64,000 bases of DNA from Dermatophilaceae bacterium. GTDB lineage: Bacteria; Actinomycetota; Actinomycetes; Actinomycetales; Dermatophilaceae. Below are positions 60,133-64,000 of this stretch, one piece after another (the stretch's first letter is position 1; each line of letters begins with the position of its first letter). The DNA is taken from the NCBI GenBank assembly GCA_044220505.1, contig JBGAQV010000001.1, positions 586-64,585 of the forward strand, in the 5' to 3' direction. The position numbers and the translations under genes are program-made. The notes below the pieces were generated by a model. The model was given only the letters and a program-made list of their open reading frames with translations. It did not search any database and had not been told where the DNA came from.

Positions 60133-60795
60133 ATGGCCCTGCACCGCGGAGAACCCCTCGTCACCGACTGGACGTCCGTCGACGACGCGGCCCTCGCCCA
60201 GGTGCTCGCCGCCACCGCGGGGCGCGAGCGTCCGGCCCTCGTCCTCGTCGACGGCGGCAGCGGCAGCGGCAAGTCGACCGCCGCGACCCGGTGTGCTGCG
60301 GTGCTCGATGCGCCGCTCGTGCACACCGACGACATCGCCTGGCACCTGGACCCGATCGCCTGGGATGACGTGCTCATCGAACAGGTCCTCACCCCGTGGG
60401 CGGCCAGGCGCCCGGTGGCCTACCGTCCCGACGCGTGGATCGAGCGGGGTCGCGACGGCGCCATCCAGGTGCCGGCCCAGGCGTCCTGGCTGGTCGTGGA
60501 AGGGGTCGGGGCGGCCCGCGCCTCGCTGACCGCCTTCGCTGCGCCCGCCCAGGTCGTCGTCTGGGTGCAGGCCGACCGTGGCCTGGCGCGCGATCGGGGT
60601 CTGGCTCGCGACGTCGTGCTGGGCCGGACGCGGGCCGAGGCCGAGGAGTTCTGGGCGGCGTGGGATGCTCATGAGCTCCCCTTCCTCGACATCGAGAAGC
60701 CCTGGGAGAGAGCGGATCTCATCGTTAACGGCATGCCTGAATCCGCGGCAGAAGGCAGGATGCTCATCCATGTGACGCGGGTGGCAGGCCGTTGA
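60133..60795 (+). CDS. P-loop NTPase (uridine kinase-like ATP-binding protein)
   Basis: ATG 60133. Walker A LVDGGSGSGKSTAA. 220 aa. The earlier part of ORF 59251.. is antisense shadow over the CPBP gene. Confidence 0.55.
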   Translation: MALHRGEPLVTDWTSVDDAALAQVLAATAGRERPALVLVDGGSGSGKSTAATRCAAVLDAPLVHTDDIAWHLDPIAWDDVLIEQVLTPWAARRPVAYRPDAWIERGRDGAIQVPAQASWLVVEGVGAARASLTAFAAPAQVVVWVQADRGLARDRGLARDVVLGRTRAEAEEFWAAWDAHELPFLDIEKPWERADLIVNGMPESAAEGRMLIHVTRVAGR

Positions 60796-61424
60796 ACCGG
60801 CCCCGCGAGGTGCACCGGTTCCACGGCCAGATCGCCGGTGTCGGATCTGCGAGCGGCGTTCGCATCGTCGTCGGCCGATGGCCGCACTCTCCGTTCGGGC
60901 CGTTCGCCGATGCCATGGTCGAACGCCCGGACGGGCGCCGTTTCCTCCTCGCCCCGTCCGATCAGGTCGCCGAGTTCGTCTCGCGCACCTATGAATTCGA
61001 CGAGGTGCGGATCGAGCCGTTCGCCGTGGAGGTTACCGGCGCCGGCTCCGGCGCGACCTGGGAGATCGCGTCGCCGTCGCTGTCGGCCCGGCTGGAGGCG
61101 GGCCCCCGTATGCCGTTGGGTCACCTCCTGCGCTCGGTGCCCAGCCCGCTCGCGACCAGTCCGACCTGGGCGGGCCTGATCGATCCGGTTGCCCGAGTCG
61201 TCATGCGCGGAGTGCGCACCCGAGGCATCGCTGTCGACGGACGCCGCGAGAGCTACGGCGCAACGGACCTCCGTCGCGTCGTGGCGCTGGAAGGGACCTT
61301 CGACGGCATACCCCTCGGGGCGCTCGCGCTCGTCGACCCGCCGTGTCGCTTCGGGTTCTCTTCAACTCCCCGGACCCCGTCGCTGACCAGCGTCACCACC
61401 ACCGTTGAGATCCTGTCCGCTTGA
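60792..61424 (+). CDS. Hypothetical protein
   Basis: 210-aa GC3-rich ORF. TTG 60792 overlaps the upstream stop (GTG 60810 is an alternative start). No family recognised. Confidence 0.45.
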   Translation: MNRPREVHRFHGQIAGVGSASGVRIVVGRWPHSPFGPFADAMVERPDGRRFLLAPSDQVAEFVSRTYEFDEVRIEPFAVEVTGAGSGATWEIASPSLSARLEAGPRMPLGHLLRSVPSPLATSPTWAGLIDPVARVVMRGVRTRGIAVDGRRESYGATDLRRVVALEGTFDGIPLGALALVDPPCRFGFSSTPRTPSLTSVTTTVEILSA

Positions 61425-61463
61425 CGCCCGGGGGCCGGTGGCGCTGGGGACGACCCTGCGACA

Positions 61464-62312
61464 ATGACCGGCATGACCGCTGCCGGAGTGCTCGTGCTCG
61501 CGGCGACGCCCATCGGCGACTCCCGCGACGCCGCCCCCCGCCTGGCCGACGAGTTGCTCGCCGCAGACGTCATCGCGGCCGAGGACACCCGGCGGTTGCG
61601 CCGGCTCACCAGCGCGCTCGGCGTCGAGCCGGCCGCCCGGATCCGCAGCTACCACGAACACAACGAAGCGACCCAGACTGCTGAACTCCTCGGGCTGTTG
61701 CGCGACGGCGCGCGCGTCGTGCTCGTCACCGATGCCGGTATGCCGTCGGTGTCCGACCCGGGCTACCGCCTGGTCGCTGCGGCGGTAGCAGCCGACATCC
61801 GGGTGACGGCCGTCCCCGGACCGAGCGCGGTGCTCATGGCGCTGGCCGTCAGCGGCCTTCCGGTCGACCGGTTCTGTTTCGAGGGGTTCCTGCCCCGCAA
61901 GGCGGGGGACCGGGCTCGGGTGGCGGCCGGCCTGTCCACCGAACCGCGCACCATGGTCTTCTTCGAGGCGCCGCACCGCCTGGCCGAGTCCCTGGGGACG
62001 CTCGCCGAGGCCTTCGGGCCCTACCGCCCCGCCGCCGTATGCCGTGAACTCACCAAGACCTACGAAGAGGTCCGCCGCGGGGGGCTGGCGCAGTTGGCGC
62101 ACTGGGCGGCCGGGGGAGTCAAGGGCGAGATCACCATCGTCGTCGCCGGGGCGCCAGCAGGTCAGCCCGTCGCGCTGGATGAGGTGGTCACCGGCATACG
62201 GGCGCGAGTTGCAGCCGGCGAGCGGCTCAAGGACGTGTGCGCGGCCGAAGCTGCGCGCACCGGCCTGTCCCGCAAGGCGTTATACGACGCCGTGGTGGCT
62301 CAGCGGCGCTGA
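61464..62312 (+). CDS. rsmI: 16S rRNA (cytidine1402-2'-O)-methyltransferase
   Basis: Blocks LVLAATPIGDSRDAAPR, IAAEDTR, LVTDAGMPSVSDPG and VPGPSAVLMALAVSGLP of the tetrapyrrole-methylase-fold RsmI family. Confidence 0.9.
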   Translation: MTGMTAAGVLVLAATPIGDSRDAAPRLADELLAADVIAAEDTRRLRRLTSALGVEPAARIRSYHEHNEATQTAELLGLLRDGARVVLVTDAGMPSVSDPGYRLVAAAVAADIRVTAVPGPSAVLMALAVSGLPVDRFCFEGFLPRKAGDRARVAAGLSTEPRTMVFFEAPHRLAESLGTLAEAFGPYRPAAVCRELTKTYEEVRRGGLAQLAHWAAGGVKGEITIVVAGAPAGQPVALDEVVTGIRARVAAGERLKDVCAAEAARTGLSRKALYDAVVAQRR

Positions 62313-62363
62313 CCGAGCCGCTCGGCCGCATCGCCGGTCGGCGGCCGAACTGCCGACCTCGGC

Positions 62364-62840
62364 TCAGCGGTGGTGCTGGCCTTCGGCAGAACGCTTGAGC
62401 GCGGCGAGGGTCTGCCGGATGCCGCTGCGGTTGTGCGAGCGGCGGTCGCCGAGGATGCGCTCGGAGATGGCCCGCGAGGCCGCCCCTCGCCGGTCGGTCC
62501 ACTCCTCGGCCACGGTGCATCCCGAGCCGTCGTCGTCGGGGACGATGAAGTATTCCCAATGCGAGATCGCTGCGGGCCCGATGAAGACGTCGAAGGCCAG
62601 GTGGCGACCCTTCTCGGCGGCCGTGATCGCGCCGAAGGTGATCCAGCGCAGCGTCCCGCGGCGGTTGTAGCCGATGAAGTGAGCGCCCTTCACGGCTTCG
62701 GTGGCACCACCGCGCCAGCTCACCCGCTCGCACTCGGGTGACCATTCGCCCATCCGGGTGAGATCCGAGATGAGGTCGTAGACCAGGGGTGCGGGCGCGT
62801 CGATGTGGGTCGTGTCGCGCAGATCGGCCATGCCCCCCAT
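62364..62840 (-). CDS. SRPBCC family protein (polyketide cyclase/dehydrase-like)
   Basis: Start at the ATG at 62840 or 62831. Block THIDAPAPLVYDLISDLTRMGEWSPEC, typical of SRPBCC ligand-binding domains. Confidence 0.7.
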   Translation of the reverse strand: MGGMADLRDTTHIDAPAPLVYDLISDLTRMGEWSPECERVSWRGGATEAVKGAHFIGYNRRGTLRWITFGAITAAEKGRHLAFDVFIGPAAISHWEYFIVPDDDGSGCTVAEEWTDRRGAASRAISERILGDRRSHNRSGIRQTLAALKRSAEGQHHR

Positions 62841-62892
62841 CCTGGCCCCTCGCTCCTGCCGATGGTGCCTTGGGGGTGGTTTGCTTGACCAC

Positions 62893-63402
62893 GTGACCGA
62901 ATCCGAGCCCGTTGCGCACCGATTGCGGCCGCCGACGCATCGAGTGTCCCCGCGTGCCCGGTGGCTGTGGCTCGTCGAGGGGGTGGGCTCGCTGCTGCCC
63001 CTCATCGCCGCTCAGGCGATCTGGTGGTGGCGCGATCCGGCTTCGCCTCGGCCGGTGCAGTGGTGGCTGGTGGCGGCCACGGTGGTGCTCGGCACGGCAT
63101 ACCTGGCTGTCATGCCGCAGTGGCGCTACCGGGTGCATCGCTGGGAGGTGACCCCGGAGGCGGTCTACACCCAGACCGGATGGTTCAACCAGGAGCGGCG
63201 GATCGCGCCGATCGTGCGAATCCAGACCGTCGACCTCACCCGCGGGCCGGTGTCCCAGCTGCTGAGCCTGGCGTCGGTGCGGGTGACGACCGCGTCCTCG
63301 GCGGGACCGTTGGGGATCCACGGCCTCGACCACGACCTGGCCGTGAGCCTCGTCGAGCAGCTCACCGAGCTCACCGTGTCCGACTCCGGGGATGCCACGT
63401 GA
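62893..63402 (+). CDS. Bacterial PH domain (bPH_2/YdbS-like) membrane protein
   Basis: GTG 62893. Two TM segments, then PQWRYRVHRWEVTPEAVYTQTGWFNQERRIAPIVRIQTVDLTRGPVSQLLSLASVRVTTAS. Confidence 0.65.
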   Translation: MTESEPVAHRLRPPTHRVSPRARWLWLVEGVGSLLPLIAAQAIWWWRDPASPRPVQWWLVAATVVLGTAYLAVMPQWRYRVHRWEVTPEAVYTQTGWFNQERRIAPIVRIQTVDLTRGPVSQLLSLASVRVTTASSAGPLGIHGLDHDLAVSLVEQLTELTVSDSGDAT

Positions 63403-63433
63403 GTCTCCTCGGGCGACAGGGCGGGCGGCGACG

Positions 63434-64000
63434 GTGAGCGATCCCGGATTCCGCCGACTGGATGCCCGGATGCTGCTCGTGCACCCGGTGCAGGAGGCGG
63501 TGCGCTTCCTGCCGGCTCTGCTGGCGGTCTTCGTGACCGGCCGCTCCTCCGACCGCAGTCCATGGTGGGACGTCGCCGCTCTGATCGCCGTCGTGGCCCT
63601 CGGTGTTTCGCGATGGTTCACGACCCGGTATCGGATCACCGGCGGCCAGATCGAGTTGCGCCACGGCCTGCTCAACCGCAAGCTGCTGGCGACTCCGGCC
63701 GACCGATTGCGGACGGTCGACGTGACGGCGCCGATCTGGCACCGACTGCTCGGGCTGGCGCGCGTCGAGATCGGCACCGCCTCGGGCACGCTGAGCGAGC
63801 GCATCGTGCTCGACGCACTGGCGGCACCGGTCGCCCACGCGTTGCGGGCGGAGTTGCTGCACGACAAGGAGATCCGGGCAGGCGACGCCGGACCTGGCGA
63901 TCCCGAAATGGCGTCAGTCGGGCCAGTGTCGGAAACCGTTCTCCTGCAATTGGATCCACGCTGGGTGCGCTACGCCCCGCTCACCACGAGCGGCCTGCTC
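63434..64000 (+). CDS. Bacterial PH domain (YdbT-like) membrane protein, 5' part (3' end outside the window)
   Basis: My own translation from GTG 63434 stays open to the window end: VSDPGFRRLDARMLLVHPVQEAVRFLPALLAVFVTG ... RYRITGGQIELRHGLLNRKLLATPADRLRTVDVTAPIWHRLLGLARVEIGTAS. Confidence 0.6.
   Translation, partial: MSDPGFRRLDARMLLVHPVQEAVRFLPALLAVFVTGRSSDRSPWWDVAALIAVVALGVSRWFTTRYRITGGQIELRHGLLNRKLLATPADRLRTVDVTAPIWHRLLGLARVEIGTASGTLSERIVLDALAAPVAHALRAELLHDKEIRAGDAGPGDPEMASVGPVSETVLLQLDPRWVRYAPLTTSGLL

Noticed and set aside
63399-63437. A twelve-codon ORF (VSLLGRQGGRRR) starting at a GTG that overlaps the stop of the YdbS-like gene.
   Set aside because: It is too short and featureless to support. 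It most likely just fills the gap before the YdbT-like gene, which starts at GTG 63434.

Overview
High-GC (roughly 70% by eye) actinobacterial chromosomal DNA, densely coding on both strands. Gene order recalls, from memory, the mycobacterial mscL ... 5-FCL/galU/moeA/rimJ ... pmt/rsmI neighbourhood. I can support about 65 protein-coding genes, 2 tRNAs (Arg-CCT, Ala-CGC) and 2 riboswitches: c-di-AMP/ydaO ahead of an NlpC/P60 hydrolase, and Mn2+/yybP-ykoY ahead of terC. There are also several strong hairpin terminators and several direct or tandem repeats. Main blocks, in order: (1) photolyase head-to-head with an IdeR-like repressor; (2) an AbiEi/AbiEii type IV TA islet bracketed by ~90-bp direct repeats beside tRNA-Arg; (3) MarR plus a translationally coupled carotenoid operon (idi-crtE-crtI-crtB-Rieske-crtYc-crtYd-crtU-methyltransferase-DUF2505), predicted to make an aromatic carotenoid; (4) a 1369-aa DUF4011/SF1-helicase-like protein whose ATPase motifs look degenerate; (5) mscL, MTAP, a Ruc-like zinc-ribbon protein, a K+/H+ antiporter and a penicillin acylase; (6) UGPase-moeA-moaC-moaB-rimJ and a SepX/GlpR-like membrane protein; (7) AI-2E plus TerC; (8) tRNA-Ala followed by HipB and a frameshifted HipA, then a sulfotransferase divergent from cysDN with a 17-bp tandem repeat abutting the cysD start, then Phd/Doc; (9) pmt and a CDF exporter; (10) a divergent sugar locus with an AGE-family isomerase, three kinases, two LacD-type aldolases, LacI and an ABC importer; (11) rsmI. 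The most unusual signal is not a gene. The 8-mer GTATGCCG/CGGCATAC occurs about 88 times by my eye count, against a rough composition-based expectation of about 2. It is threaded through coding regions using otherwise rare codons. I found no integrase, transposase, CRISPR array or rRNA, and no obvious new multi-gene defence system. All family calls come from motif recognition, not database searches.
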